In this document: piece by piece, positions 35,766 to 49,320 of the stretch
How positions within the stretch are numbered: position 1 is the stretch's first letter
How the letters are laid out: every line of letters starts with the position of its first letter
Assembly: GCF_006345805.1 (NCBI RefSeq)
Contig: NC_043000.1
Coordinates: 104,470,001-104,534,000, forward strand
DNA length: 64,000 nt
Direction of reading: 5' to 3'
From: Octopus sinensis
Lineage: Eukaryota
Notes under the pieces: model-generated
What the model was told of the DNA's origin: nothing
The model's database searches: none
Seen by the model: only the letters and a program-made list of their open reading frames with translations
Translations under genes and position numbers: made by a program

Positions 35766-38690
35766 CAGTAGTTTTATTTTTATAGCGTGCTTTCACTTCA
35801 CTATCGAGCACAGCTCTGTGTGCCTTGGGTATGTGCTGTGATTTGTTGTGATGCTCTGATGGTTATTGTATGGAAAGTGTTCTGCGTAGGATGTGTGCAG
35901 TGCCTAGTAGTGCAATTTTCTGTATGTTATATGTGTTTGTAAGTCCTGGTGTTTTTGTTATGTATTTGTCTGAATATTTTTTTATCATGCCTAATGCACC
36001 TACTATGATAGGAATTGTTCTGTTTTCAGATTCCACATTCTAGTTACCTCTATTTCCAGGTCTTTGTATTTTGAGAGTTTCTCCATTTCTTTTAGAGACA
36101 CGTTGTCATCAGCCGGTATTGATACATCAATTAGAAAGTATTTTTTTTCTTCATGATCTCTGACAACTATATCTGGTCTGTTGGCCTTAATTTCTCTATC
36201 TGTGTGTATCGGCATATCCCAGAGTATGGTTGCTTTCTCGTTTTCTGTGACCTTTTCTGGTGTGTGCCTATACCATCTTTTTTCTGTTGTTATTCCATAA
36301 TGTTGGCATAGCTTCCAATGTATGTAGGTTCCAACTCTGTCATGTCTGTGAATATAGCGTATAGTTTTAGGTCATCCATATATAAAAGGTGGCTGATCGT
36401 TTTGCCGTAACATTTATATCCGCATCCAGTTCTATTTAGCATATCAGATAGAGGTGACAGTGCCAAGCAGAAAAGGAGTGGAGAGAGCGTGTCTCCCTGG
36501 AATATTCCTCTTCTAATGGGGATGTCTTTGGTTTTCATGAGTCCCTCTTTTGTTTGGAGGTGTAGGACTGTTTGCCATTTATTCATAGAGTGTTCTATGA
36601 ATTTTATGATTGTTGGTGCTACTTTGTTAATGGCTAGTGTTTCGAGGATCCATGTGTGGGGGATGCTATCAAACGCCTTTTTGTAGTCAATCCAGGCCAT
36701 ACTGAGGCCTTTCTTCTTTCTGTGGCTGTCTTCAGTTATGGCTTTATTAATCATTAGTTGATCTTTACAGCCATATGAGCCTTTGCGGCATCCTTTCTGC
36801 TCTTCTGGGAACAGTTTGTTTTCGTCCAGGTGCTTGTTCAGCCTTTGTGATATCACTGCAGTAAATGCCTTGAACATAGTAGGGAGGCAGGTTATTGGTC
36901 TGTAGTTTTCTGGTTTTTCTGTTTCATTTGATTTGGGAATTAAGATGGTTTTCCCCTTCGTGAGCCATTCAGGCATTGTCTCTGGCTCTGCTAGTACGTT
37001 GTTAAAGTTTTCAGCCAGCTTTTTGTGCATTCCTGTTAGATATTTCAACCAGAAGTTGGGGATCTTGTCATGCCCAGGTGCCTTCCAGTTGCTTAGTCTT
37101 TACAGTGCCTGGGTGACCTCTTCAGTTGTTATGGGGGTCCAAAGTTGTTCAGATGCCGAGTTTGTTATTCTGATACTCCTTTTTTTTGGTGGTTCGTTCG
37201 CCGACCATATTTCTCCCCAGAATTCTTCCAATTCTTCTGCCGTTGGTGCTGCAGTGACTTCTATTTTATTTTTTCCCAGTTCTTGGTAGAACTTTTTGGG
37301 GTTGGAGTTGAACTTTTTGTTTTCTTCAAAGAAGCGTTGGCGTTTCTTGTACCGGCGGATCCTTTGTGCTTTGGCAAGGATATCTTGCTTCAGCTTTTCT
37401 TTTATTTCAGGCAAATCTTTCTCTGTGATGTTATATTTGCGGAGTATTTTTGTTCTCTTTTTGTTGCTCAGTAGCGTTGATTGTTTGCTGATTTCATTAA
37501 GAATCGACAGGTCTTTTCTAATTTTTTTTATTTTGCTTTGGATGTTATTTATCCACAGGGTTTGTTTGGGTGGTGGTACTCCTGTTTGGGCGGGTTTGGG
37601 TGAGTATCCAGCTTCTTTTGTGGCTGCAGTGGCTGCTGCGTATATTAGGTTATTTAGCTCAGTGATATCACTTTTTTTGATTCAGTGGCTATCAGTTCAG
37701 TGACGGCTAGGTTTATGCTGTTTATAATAGGTGTTGTTATTTTGTTTATTTTGATTCTTGGGAGGTATGGTCGGTGGTCCATTTTGAGCTCTGTGGTTTT
37801 CAGTTCTTTGATTATTTTATTTTTTATATTATCATAATCATTAGGCTCCCCTTCGTTGTTTACATCGTGTTTGTTGGGAATGTTGCGTTTGTCTTCGTGT
37901 TTTACAGTTTCAGTGTTTATATTATGGGCATTGTTGTGTGGCTTCTATCTACATTTTCCTGGTGTATGTTTTCTTTTAGGTGTTCTATTTCTATTTCTGA
38001 TATTTTTTTTGTGTTGAGAATGTATCTTCGTACGTTAGCTAATTTATTAGGGTTCATTGCTGTATCCAAGTCTATATCTCTATTATTTTCCTTCCATATT
38101 TTATATGTATGTGTTGTTGTATTTTCATTTTTTGGGTAGAGTACTGCTGTGAAGTATGCGAGTAAGATAGAAATATATTCCTCACGTGTCCATTTGCGTC
38201 TTTTGGGTTTTATTTGCGGGACATGAGGTACAACGTCCGGCCCATTATTTTGACGGTCGTCATTTTCGTAGGGTACCGGTCCGTTTATTTCTGTTGTCAC
38301 ATTATTTCGCACGTGTAGTTTTTCGTACATTTTTTGTTGTAAGTTTAATGTACGTACCGCTCGATTGTTATTCTTGGGTTGAATAGTATTGGTGGCATTT
38401 AATTTCTTCGTAGTTCCTTTGTACATGGTGTTTGGGGTCGGAGATGATCGTGATGTTCCACGCATGTTTACATGTGTTGCGTTAGAGGCGGAGATGATAT
38501 CGAGTCAAAATACATCATTTCGTTTCGAAAATAGTAATAAATTTCAATTAGTATTACTTACTCGGATACAGTCCAATTCTTTGTTAGTAAAACTTTGGCT
38601 CCATAGGATGTCCTTGTTTTCGATGTTTGTGGATAGATTTCGGAGCTCTGAATTTTCCTTCTTACATCTTAAACGTCCCCGGTGTTCTCT
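35766..38690 (-). mobile_element. R4/Dong-clade LINE with both ends but an internal deletion
   Basis: N-terminal KRRKWTREEY...NKLANVRR; RT motifs KAPGHD, NYRPITCL, EQKG, WIDYKKAFDS, GIFQGDTLSP, YMDD; then jumps to RHDRV, NRPDI, IDVSIP, IVGALG; stop at about 35863; (TAA)n at both ends. Confidence 0.95.
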
Positions 38691-38698
38691 TATTATTA

Positions 38699-38739
<41 letters not shown>

Positions 38740-38779
38740 TATTATTATTATTATTATTATAATAATAAAAAGAATTAGC

Positions 38780-38840
<61 letters not shown>

Positions 38841-38905
38841 ATTATTATTATTATTGTTATTATTATTATTATTATTATTATTGTTATTATTATTATTATT
38901 ATTAT
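38691..38905. repeat. (ATT)n/(TAA)n microsatellite at the 5' end of the Dong element
   Basis: Direct inspection. Confidence 0.95.
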
Positions 38906-39346
38906 TGCTGTTGTTGTTGCTTAGCCCAGATCAACCATAACTTTTATTCAGATAGAGTATAACAAAAATTATATTATATAACAAATCCTTCATTTTTAAA
39001 GATTTTAGAATATAAGGTAATGGAGATTTGGCAGTTATTTATTGCAGGGGAGGTGACCACAGAAAGTTGTTCGTTGTCTCGCTGTCGTAGTTTAGTTCCA
39101 ACTTTGACCGTCCCTTCGATCAAAAAATTCATTCAGACGTAGTATATTAACAACAACAAATGCAACAGCAATATAAAGTGAGTGCATTAGGCTGTGAGGA
39201 AACGAAGGAAGTTTCAACGTTTCGGTTTAAGACTTTTGTCATGCGCTCAAAAAAAAAAAAGAAAAAAGAAAGAAATTTTGTTCTTATCTCTTGCAGGTTC
39301 TTTGACCATGGAGGAACATTGGTTCATTGTCGTCGTCGACGTGTTT

Positions 39347-39347
39347 G

Positions 39348-39409
<62 letters not shown>

Positions 39410-39422
39410 GTTGCTGCTGCTG

Positions 39423-39475
<53 letters not shown>

Positions 39476-39505
39476 GCAGCAGCAGCTGCTGCTGCTGCTG
39501 CTGCT
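39347..39505. repeat. Compound (CTA)n/(GCT)n trinucleotide repeat
   Basis: Direct inspection. Confidence 0.95.
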
Positions 39506-39649
39506 AATGTAGTTAAGCAGACTAAATCAGAATCACCTGCCGTGTTATTTTCAGAAAGAAACAAAGTAATATTTCACCTTCAAAGAAAATAATTCCATAA
39601 TTCAATTATTTTTTCCAAACACGCGCGCGCAAACACATACATACACACA

Positions 39650-40570
<921 letters not shown>

Positions 40571-41316
40571 GCTCACACAATTTTTTTCTCTTCACTCAAA
40601 ATATTTTCTGCATCGTTATCCTATAACTTTTACACCATTTACTCCCTTTTTTCCCTTCTCTTCGCGTTATTATTTCTTCCTTCTACTCTCTCTACCTTTC
40701 CCTCTAACCCCTTTCACTTTTGCACTTTTACCTCTTTCCCTTCCCCTCCCACATTTCTCACCCACCTTTATTTATTTTACTAGCGCTGTCCCCCTCTTTC
40801 TGCCCCGTCTATCTCTTCTGTTCTCTCCTCTTACCTCATATTCTAACCCAGTCTTTCTTCTATATCATTCTGTTCCCTTCTCTCTTCGTTACCTACCACT
40901 CTCACCTTCTCGCCACCTTCTTCCTTCCTTACACGTTCTTGGAGATAGAATCTAGCTCAATAAAATATGTTGGAATGTTTAATTAGCATAATACCTGTTT
41001 CCTTCTTTCACACATCTTTACTCCACATGCTCACGATATCTGCAATGATTGCGTGCCGGTTCATTTCTTGCGCGCACGTACATTCTCTCACGAAAATATC
41101 TTTATATATTTTTATGTGTCCCTAAAGGACGCACGCATACACAAATCATAAAAAGAAATATAAAATATGCGCGCGCACATACATTTACATACATGCACAC
41201 ATATGTGACATTTGGGACTTCCTCCTTTTACGAGCAGACTACTATAATCACTATATATATATATATATTACATACATATACATACATATACATACATACA
41301 TACATACATACATACC

Positions 41317-41378
<62 letters not shown>

Positions 41379-41563
41379 CATACATATATATACATACACA
41401 CACACACACATATATATATACACATGAGAGGGAAACCACTATATGGATGCCCTTATATAACACAATTTTACTGAACCTTCAGTTTTTTTTATATACTAGA
41501 CCACTGGTGTGAAATTGATATTAATTAAATTAATATCGAATTTCTCACCCTCATTTTGAATAC

Positions 41564-41594
<31 letters not shown>

Positions 41595-41602
41595 TGTGTG
41601 TG

Positions 41603-41854
41603 TATCGTTGCTATTATGTTAAACCGTCCTATGTCCAAATTTGACCATATGCGTTTTTTTCAATATTTATTTTTGCTTGCAATAGCCGGTTAGATTGGTC
41701 AAACTATCGTATCTCCAGCTGCTTCTGATGCCAAGACATAAAAATTATCAAAGTGTTGTACAACGGTTTTGCTATGGAATGGTGAAACTATTTGTTCGTT
41801 TTCTGAAATAGCAATGTTTTGGACTTATGACACTTTTGCATAATAGCAACGATA
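41603..41854. mobile_element. MITE with TA target duplication and ~37-bp imperfect TIRs (Tc1/mariner-type)
   Basis: TA-TCGTTGCTATTATG... at left, ...CATAATAGCAACGA-TA at right; IR continues imperfectly to gtccaaa. Confidence 0.8.
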
Positions 41855-42076
41855 TGTATATGTATCTGTACATATGTATATATACATATACATTACACAC
41901 ACACACTCGCACGTGCGCGCACACACACATATCTGCACACACACACATATGTATGTTTGTATGTATGCATGTTTACGCACATATGTGTGAGAGTGAACAT
42001 ACATATATACATATATATACATACACACATACATACATGCACAGATATATATTTTTATTTACACAGATACATACAA

Positions 42077-42115
<39 letters not shown>

Positions 42116-42626
42116 CACACACACACACATACTCATATACATACACACATCTGTCTGTCTATCTCTTTATCTATCTATCTATCCATATATACATCTGAAA
42201 AATGGGCAATAAAATCCTCATGTAAGCGTGATATAGATGATATAGATAGTCTCCAAGCAGTGCTCAGAGAAATCCGAATCTTTAACTTCAACCGCTCCAT
42301 TAGGCAGTTCCAAGAAAAAACGTTGGCTTCAAGAACGATCATTATCGCGCGAGTTGGAAGTAGTAAGACAACCAATAACAGGTGCAAGATATGTATCTAT
42401 TTGAAAAGTTGCATGTACTATTTACATGATGTGAACAAGTTTTATCTTCACAGCCGTTTCGGATGACTGATTGATATAACCATGCAAAGAAGTCCAATAT
42501 TGAATCAATATTGTAGGTATACAGAAATGCAAAGAAAAAGTGCAACTAGCACGGATTTTGACAGTTTCGTATGGTAAAGCCACGATATCTTCCTCAGAAA
42601 AACTAGATAAATGACAATCAGCAAGC

Positions 42627-42698
<72 letters not shown>

Positions 42699-42713
42699 GT
42701 AGACAGATAGATA

Positions 42714-42767
<54 letters not shown>

Positions 42768-42770
42768 AAA
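42627..42770. repeat. (CTAT)n then (GA)n microsatellites
   Basis: Direct inspection. Confidence 0.92.
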
Positions 42771-42794
42771 TAGAAGCTTGAGGCTAGATATAGT

Positions 42795-43170
42795 TTTCTG
42801 GTTACTGTCTCGTGGGAACTTTCTTCCCATGAGACACTAACTCTCAGGCCTTTGAATGTAAGCGTGCCAAGTATGAGAGCCTTCTGCAGGATTGCAGGAA
42901 GAAAGGATACCCACTTTATGTTGGCTGTAGAAGATCCCTTGTCTAGTATGGATGGAAGATGCTGATAACCATTGAAATGTGAAGAAAACAGCGCTAGATG
43001 GCTGTGTGCACGATGAGAGAGGCAGTCTCTTGCTGATTACAGCACAAGAGAGAGGTGTTAAGCTAGAAGTCAGGAGGCGATGATGAGTAAAAATTTGGCC
43101 ACATCTGCTGAGTCACCAATAGGAAGGTGTTACGATTCAGGATCGAAACACCCGATGATTGATGGATACA
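42795..43170 (+). mobile_element. Degenerate 3' end of an RLE-type non-LTR element resembling HERO
   Basis: TVSWE...AFECKRAKYESLLQDCRKKG..VGCR resembles LTVPWEE..A.ERK.AKY..L...C...G...VGCRG; followed by a 3'UTR hairpin ggtgtt...aaacacc. Confidence 0.55.
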
Positions 43171-43599
43171 TTAATTCCTCCTGGTCAAAACTCCATTCAC
43201 ACTAGTGAACAGAAGAGAAGCACCTTCATCAGGTTATATATATGTATGTTTCGACTCTTATTTCTAGCAATACTGGTGCTGCTCAGTGTCCTTTGTCACT
43301 TTATTGACGTCTATATTTCTGCCTTTAGGTTGTAAAATTGCGAATAAACCACCCATATTATATATTAAAAGTGGGGTGCGCATTAATAGTGTTCATGCCC
43401 ACATGTCAAAGGTCATGGTGTTATCACGCCATGAGCTGAGGGTAATTAAAGAAAATTTGTGTTGAAGTGGGTGGGCGGATGCGGTGCTTCATGACCGTAG
43501 GCGATAATGGGGGCGGAGTTAAGTAAACACTAATGTATACAGATCAAATCAGTTGGGTAAAACTCCCCACAGTCCTTGGCACGTGAGTAATCGGCAGAA

Positions 43600-44366
43600 G
43601 TAGTAAACAAAAAACCAAGTTTAATCCAGTAAATTCCAAATTTAATGAGAATAAACTTGACAAAACAGCTTAAAGCAGTCAATTAAGCATGGATAATATC
43701 CTTGCCAAATTTGGAGCGAATCAGTTTTGGAACTGCGGAAGTTATTGGCAAAAAATCGAATTTTACGCAGTTATTCGCAGATTTTTCATCTTCAACATGG
43801 ATTAACTTGACAAAAACATAAGTTTAAAACAATTATTAAAGCATGAGTAATGTTTGTGCCAAATATGGAGCGAATCGATTGGAAACTACGGAAGTTATTG
43901 GCAAAAAACCGATTTTTACGTAGTTATTCACGGATTTTTCACTATTAACCCGGATGACCATGACAAAAATTTTAAGCAAAACAATTCTTAAGTCATGAGT
44001 AAAGTTCGTGTCAAATTTGGAGGAAATCGCTCGAAAAACCAGGGAGCTATAACTGTTTTCTGAACAGTTATTCGCGGTGTTTGGTTATACGCAGTGGAGG
44101 GGTGGGGGAGGCTGGAAAATATAAAGTAGATCAAGACCACCATTTGAGCATAGGCTATCAGTGTGTCAAGTTTGAGCGAAATCGGTTGAAAAATATAGTA
44201 GATATGTAGTAGATATGTATATATGTATGCATTGTGTGTATATGTATATATGTATGTATATATATATATGTATAAATATATGTATGCAGGTATATATGTG
44301 TATATATACATGTGTACATATTACATATACATCTATACACACATACACGCACATACACACACACCA

Positions 44367-44426
<60 letters not shown>

Positions 44427-44820
44427 ATATATATATATATGTGTGTGTATGTATGTATGTATGTATGTATGTATGTATGTATGTATGTATGTATGTATGT
44501 ATGCATGTATATATGTAAGACAACAGTTTGACTTTAATAGTTTCAGTATTAATAGTGAACCTATTAACCTGAAAGTATCTCACATTACAATAGAGAGATG
44601 TTATTGTTTCACTTTTGACATGTAATACTGAAATAGTGTAAGAGATAAGAGATTGCTCTGGACTCGCATTAGGCAAGATGTTGAAAATTATTTCGCTCCA
44701 TGACACTGCATGGGCCCAAGTAAGGCATGTGCAAAATTTGAATGAAATCGGTTGTGTAGTTCTCGAGTTGTAGGGGTTCACACGGACAGACAGATAGACA
44801 TTCTCATCTTTATATATAGA
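43600..44820. mobile_element. Non-autonomous element with ~154-bp internal subrepeats (Helitron/Helentron-like), split by a microsatellite at 44210-44515
   Basis: CAAATTTGG..CGAATC-type motif at 43704, 43858, 44010, 44165 and about 44730; minus-strand start TCTATATATAAAG followed by (TCTG)n. Confidence 0.45.
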
Positions 44821-44959
44821 AGTGAAAAAATGTATTGTAAATAAACAAACGATTGGTGAAATCGTATAACGCATACAGCGTGTACAACCGGACGGGAGAC
44901 AGACACAGAAGGTCCCTAATTCGGTAGTTATCAACCAGATGGTATTACTCAGTTTCGCA

Positions 44960-45320
44960 CCATTAGTGATAAAACTGAAAACTTCTCATGCTAGCGGTGC
45001 CCGCGAAAGTTGCGGAGAATATAGAGCCAAGAGGAAAGAAAATAATACAGAGTGGACATACGAAAGGGAATAAAAGTAATTTAAGACGATGGACAAAGAC
45101 GAAATAAATAAGAAACGAGCAAAATATAGCCTCAGGGCCAAGAAGACAAGAATGATGGGTGACTCTTAGAAGGCATCCCAAAGGATGAGAAAACAACAAA
45201 TTGCAAGACTGTGGGACAGAGAATTTAAGGACCGGCATCAACTGCGCAACTGATGTGAAAAAGGAGAGAAAGTAAGGCTGGCTACGGGTCACTTGTCAGC
45301 AGCTGGCAGAGGAGAAACTG
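44960..45320 (+). mobile_element. Very degenerate RTE-type LINE 3' relic
   Basis: Weak similarity to the RTE C-terminal R...RW.D.I segment and tail. Confidence 0.35.
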
Positions 45321-46985
45321 AACAATGGCATACACATATATATACATTCGCAAACATATACACAATCGTTTGAGGACATAATTTATGAACTTATGACTGA
45401 ACATATTTATATATTTTAAACTATGCTTTAATGCAAATAAGAAGGATAAATTCAAGAAACTAGTTGCTAATGGATCTGGTGCAATAATACTTTTTGTTGC
45501 TATGAAGGGGAGAACGTCGCAAATAGAATCGATAGATATAGCAAGAAAGACTACAATAGCATGTTCTTGTTTTTGCACCATTTCTGTTAATGACACTCAT
45601 TGATTTATTTATATGGCAGAAAATTAAAAGGGACCAGTAGTTGACCGTTTGGTCCATTAATAGCTACAAAGAACGAACGCGAGCTCCCTTAATGCAGCGC
45701 TTCCAATCCTCTGAAGAATAGTGACATACTTTTGTTTAATTAAAAATGTGACGACGTGTTATAAATATATTTTGAATCAAAATTCATATCGCCGTAAGGC
45801 AAAACATTCGTGTTCACGCGCGACAGTAAGTAGGCGTAGGTAATCAATGTTTGATTTTGATTTGCAAATATGAAAAATCAGAGATAAAAGATTCTGACCT
45901 CGGGTAATTTCATGACACACCTATTTAATTACGTGTCACGTTGGTTGGAAAGCACTTCTCTATGTGGTCACTCGCCCTGCTAGAAATAGTAGCTATGTAT
46001 CCCTCAAATAGCATATACCGCTTCAAAAAAGGGAAGAGTACATAGGATAATGTAGTCCAAGATAGACTGTGTCCGAAAAAAAAGGTATTATCAGGGATGG
46101 GACGCCTCTGATCTTAGATTTGTGCTGTCAGGTCTAACCCATACAACAACAAACCACTCCTACCGCTGCTACAACAAATCTCTCCATAAACAAAAAACTA
46201 TAAAAAGGTATAGAATAAAAATCGCAAATCTCACAAAATTGGAACAAAAAAGAAAAGTACTCTCTTTCTATGATAAATATGTTTGACACGATGTAGCATG
46301 TGATGAGGCTTTCATAGAAAATTATAGATCTTTCTGACTTGGCCATAACATAGAAGTTAGCAGAGCATAGGAGACGTCTAAACGTTGTCAGAGAGTGACC
46401 GAAGCTGTGTGCACTAAACGGGCCTGAACCCAACACCGATAAAGTATACAAATACCTGTACAAACATCAACGGCACTAATAACAAATACTCAAGTAAAAT
46501 ACATTACACGAAGGAAAATAGCAATTGCATCAATAACAGTAATATTAATAATAGACAGGAAACACTGTTCTTAACTTGCTTCCCAAACTTACAAGTTCGC
46601 GCCGAATGCATACAAAAGAAATGTTCCATACACAAAAATAAACTTTGTAAACATGACGTAAGGTATTAAAAAAATTACAATACAACATTAACGGCCTTAA
46701 AATCACATTTATAGAATTAAAGAAAACTATCGTCACATATACTTTAAGAAACATTCTTACTCAGAATTCACAAATATGACAAAACAGATACTTTTAGAAA
46801 GGGTTAGACAATACATATAAAAATATTCATTTAATATATAGTTACCCCAAATGACATTCATAAACTAATGGGAAATGAAACTACACAAGTAACGCAAGTT
46901 TTAAAATTGTAGAAAGAAAAACAAAAAATGATGGTGCACCACGAAAAATGTAATACAACAAGCATGTACATGAAATTCAACAAGA

Positions 46986-47058
46986 AGCCTCCAGTGAGAA
47001 TCGAACTCACGACCACTGGTTTACAAGACCAGTGCTCTAACCACTGAGCTACGGAGGC
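46986..47058 (-). tRNA. tRNA-Thr-TGT: tRNA-Thr (anticodon TGT)
   Basis: Reverse complement GCCTCCG TA GCTC AGTGGTTA GAGC A CTGGT CTTGTAA ACCAG TGGTC GTGAG TTCGATT CTCAC TGGAGGC T: complete cloverleaf, intact A and B boxes, U discriminator, T-run about 40 nt downstream. Confidence 0.96.
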
Positions 47059-47225
47059 AACAAATATCCGGTTCCAAAGAAGAGCATATATCGATAAACT
47101 TGTGGAAACTACTGGCTATGAAAATGAGGATATGAAGACTGTTATGGAAGATCGAGACATCTTGCACGGAAGCGTTGCATTGGTCCGAGTGAGTCGCCGG
47201 ACTGGATAGTATACATGTATGTTTG

Positions 47226-47259
<34 letters not shown>

Positions 47260-47329
47260 TGTATGTATGTATGTATGTATGTATGTATGTATGTATGTAT
47301 AAAAATATAACATAAATGTAATTGCTCTT

Positions 47330-49230
47330 TCGGAATCTCGTTTGGAAGGTGATGGTCAGCTTGAGAAGATTGGAAGCAGGTGTTGGCTTTGCAGTTCGAT
47401 ATGAAATCCTCAAGAAGTCGGAGGAGCTTTGTATCGCTGTAAATGGCCGTTTGACGACGATGGGCGATTTGCTACTCTGATAAGTGTTTACGCTCCTACT
47501 TTGACCAGTTATGATGAAGATAAAACAACCTTTTATGTCCAGTTGAGAGCTGTACTCAGGAAAATACCCAAGGCAGACGAAGTCATTCTAAATGGGAGAT
47601 TTCAATCTCAGGGTTGGAACAGAGTGGCAAACATTGAATACTCTTGGGCGCTTCAATGTAAGGAAGATGAAAAGTGATGATCTCATACTTCTAGAGCTTT
47701 GCGATAATAAGGTCTTTACATTGTAAGCACTCACTTTATGTAGAAAGGTGATTAAGCAACAACATGGATGCACTCGAGGTTTAAGGTATGGTACTTACTG
47801 GATTATGTTATCATCCGCAAGCATGATATCTGTGAAATTTGTCATGTCAAGTCCTTTTATAGATTTGGTGCGAGCAAAGATCCGGATGGTAATCAGAGTG
47901 AAGGAGAGAAGAGGGCCAGCTCGAATTCCTCGGCACCTGAATGCCCGTAAAGATAAATGATCCTACTGTGAGGAAAGAGAATCGCTTATCCAGCAACGAA
48001 GATATTACAGCTCGGGAGGAGTTTCGAGAGCAGATCTTTCAATGCGCTGCTGAAACACTGGAATATGCTACAACCAATCAGAGTGATTGGTATGGTGAAA
48101 ATGATGCTGATGTTCAGAGACTCGTGCAATGAATTACTGCACAGGGGGCTATCAGTTATGCGGCAAAATCTAGCATGTACCCACTATAAGAATACAAAAT
48201 CTATACTGCAGCAATCACTCAAAAAAGATGCAGAACACCTGGTGGGAAGATCTTGCTCGTGATATTCAAGTTGCTGTTGATACAAATAACAGCAAGGAGC
48301 TCTACCATCTTATGAAGCAAGCTCATGTGTCTAAGAGTTCTGCATCGGCACCTTAGCTTTCCAGGGAAGGTGCTGCATTTACTTACTAAACTGTGAGTCA
48401 GTTGTAGATGACACTGTAATTGATACTATCCAGCAAAGACCTGTCAATAACCTCCTGCATTCTGCACCCTAAGTAGAAGAGGTAGTAACAGCAATAAGTA
48501 AGTTGAATCTTAGTAAAGTACCTTTTAAAGACGGAATTTGCGCTGAGCTCTTGTGCTTTGGCGGTGGTCATATCACACAGAAGCTTCACAAGCTTATTAG
48601 TATAGTTTGGAAGGATGGTGTTCTCCCCATCCATTATCCTTTCTCTTTATAAGGGAAGGGTAATCAGAATAAAGTATGACAACCATAGCAGTATAGCTAT
48701 TTGCAAGGTTCTGGTAAATGTATTTTTCTGCCTGAATTAAAGACCTTGCAAATAACGTCCTATCTGATTCTCAATGCGTCTTCCGTTTTAGTAGAGAAAC
48801 AATGGATATGATTTTCATAGCAAGACAGGTGCAGGAGAAGTGCTTGAGTAGAATATGGATCTTGTCCAGGTTTCTATTGCTTTAACCAAAGCTCAATTCT
48901 GTGAATAGAGCTTCCCTGTAGAAAATACTTGGCAAACTTGGTTGTCCGTGTCACTTTACATCGATAATTAAATCGTTTAACGATGGAAATGGTGTCAAAC
49001 AAGGTAACACCCTCGCCCAACTCTCTTTTTCCTGGAATTGCTGCTACTCTCACTCACGATTTTGCTGTGGTTCGCTTCTCTGGGATATACATGAGCTGCT
49101 TGAAAACGCATCACCACTGTAGTGAATGGGGTAAGTTTCGTCTGCAGTATCTACGCATATGTATTCCTCCGAACAGCTGGGCTCATTTGTCCCCTGCGGA
49201 GCCACAGATGCAAAGTATAATTTTCTCTGA
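47330..49230 (+). mobile_element. Degenerate RTE (BovB-like) LINE: AP endonuclease + RT
   Basis: GVGFAV, ISVYAPTL, ILMGDFN, TWMHSRFKVWYLLDYVII, DGICAELL, GVKQGNTLA motifs with many frameshifts. Confidence 0.85.
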
Positions 49231-49286
49231 ATGCAGTGTTCTTAGTGGTTAGAGATGGTCTTTCTCGGGCCGGAGTGGATAGCCAT

Positions 49287-49320
<34 letters not shown>

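Noticed and set aside
36933-38778. Several 100-135 aa + strand hydrophobic ORFs
   Set aside because: Antisense shadows of the A-rich Dong ORF.
39194-39592. 132-aa poly-Thr/Ala ORF as a real protein
   Set aside because: Almost entirely trinucleotide repeat with no homologous flanking domain.
43690-44200. CRISPR-like or satellite array
   Set aside because: Eukaryotic context; units are diverged ~154-bp subrepeats, not short identical repeats with unique spacers.
45282-45596. 104-aa minus-strand ORF
   Set aside because: No recognisable domain or splice context; overlaps an RTE relic and low-complexity sequence.
46300-46337. C/D-box snoRNA (GTGATGA...CTGA)
   Set aside because: Boxes only 38 nt apart, no terminal stem and no known host intron.
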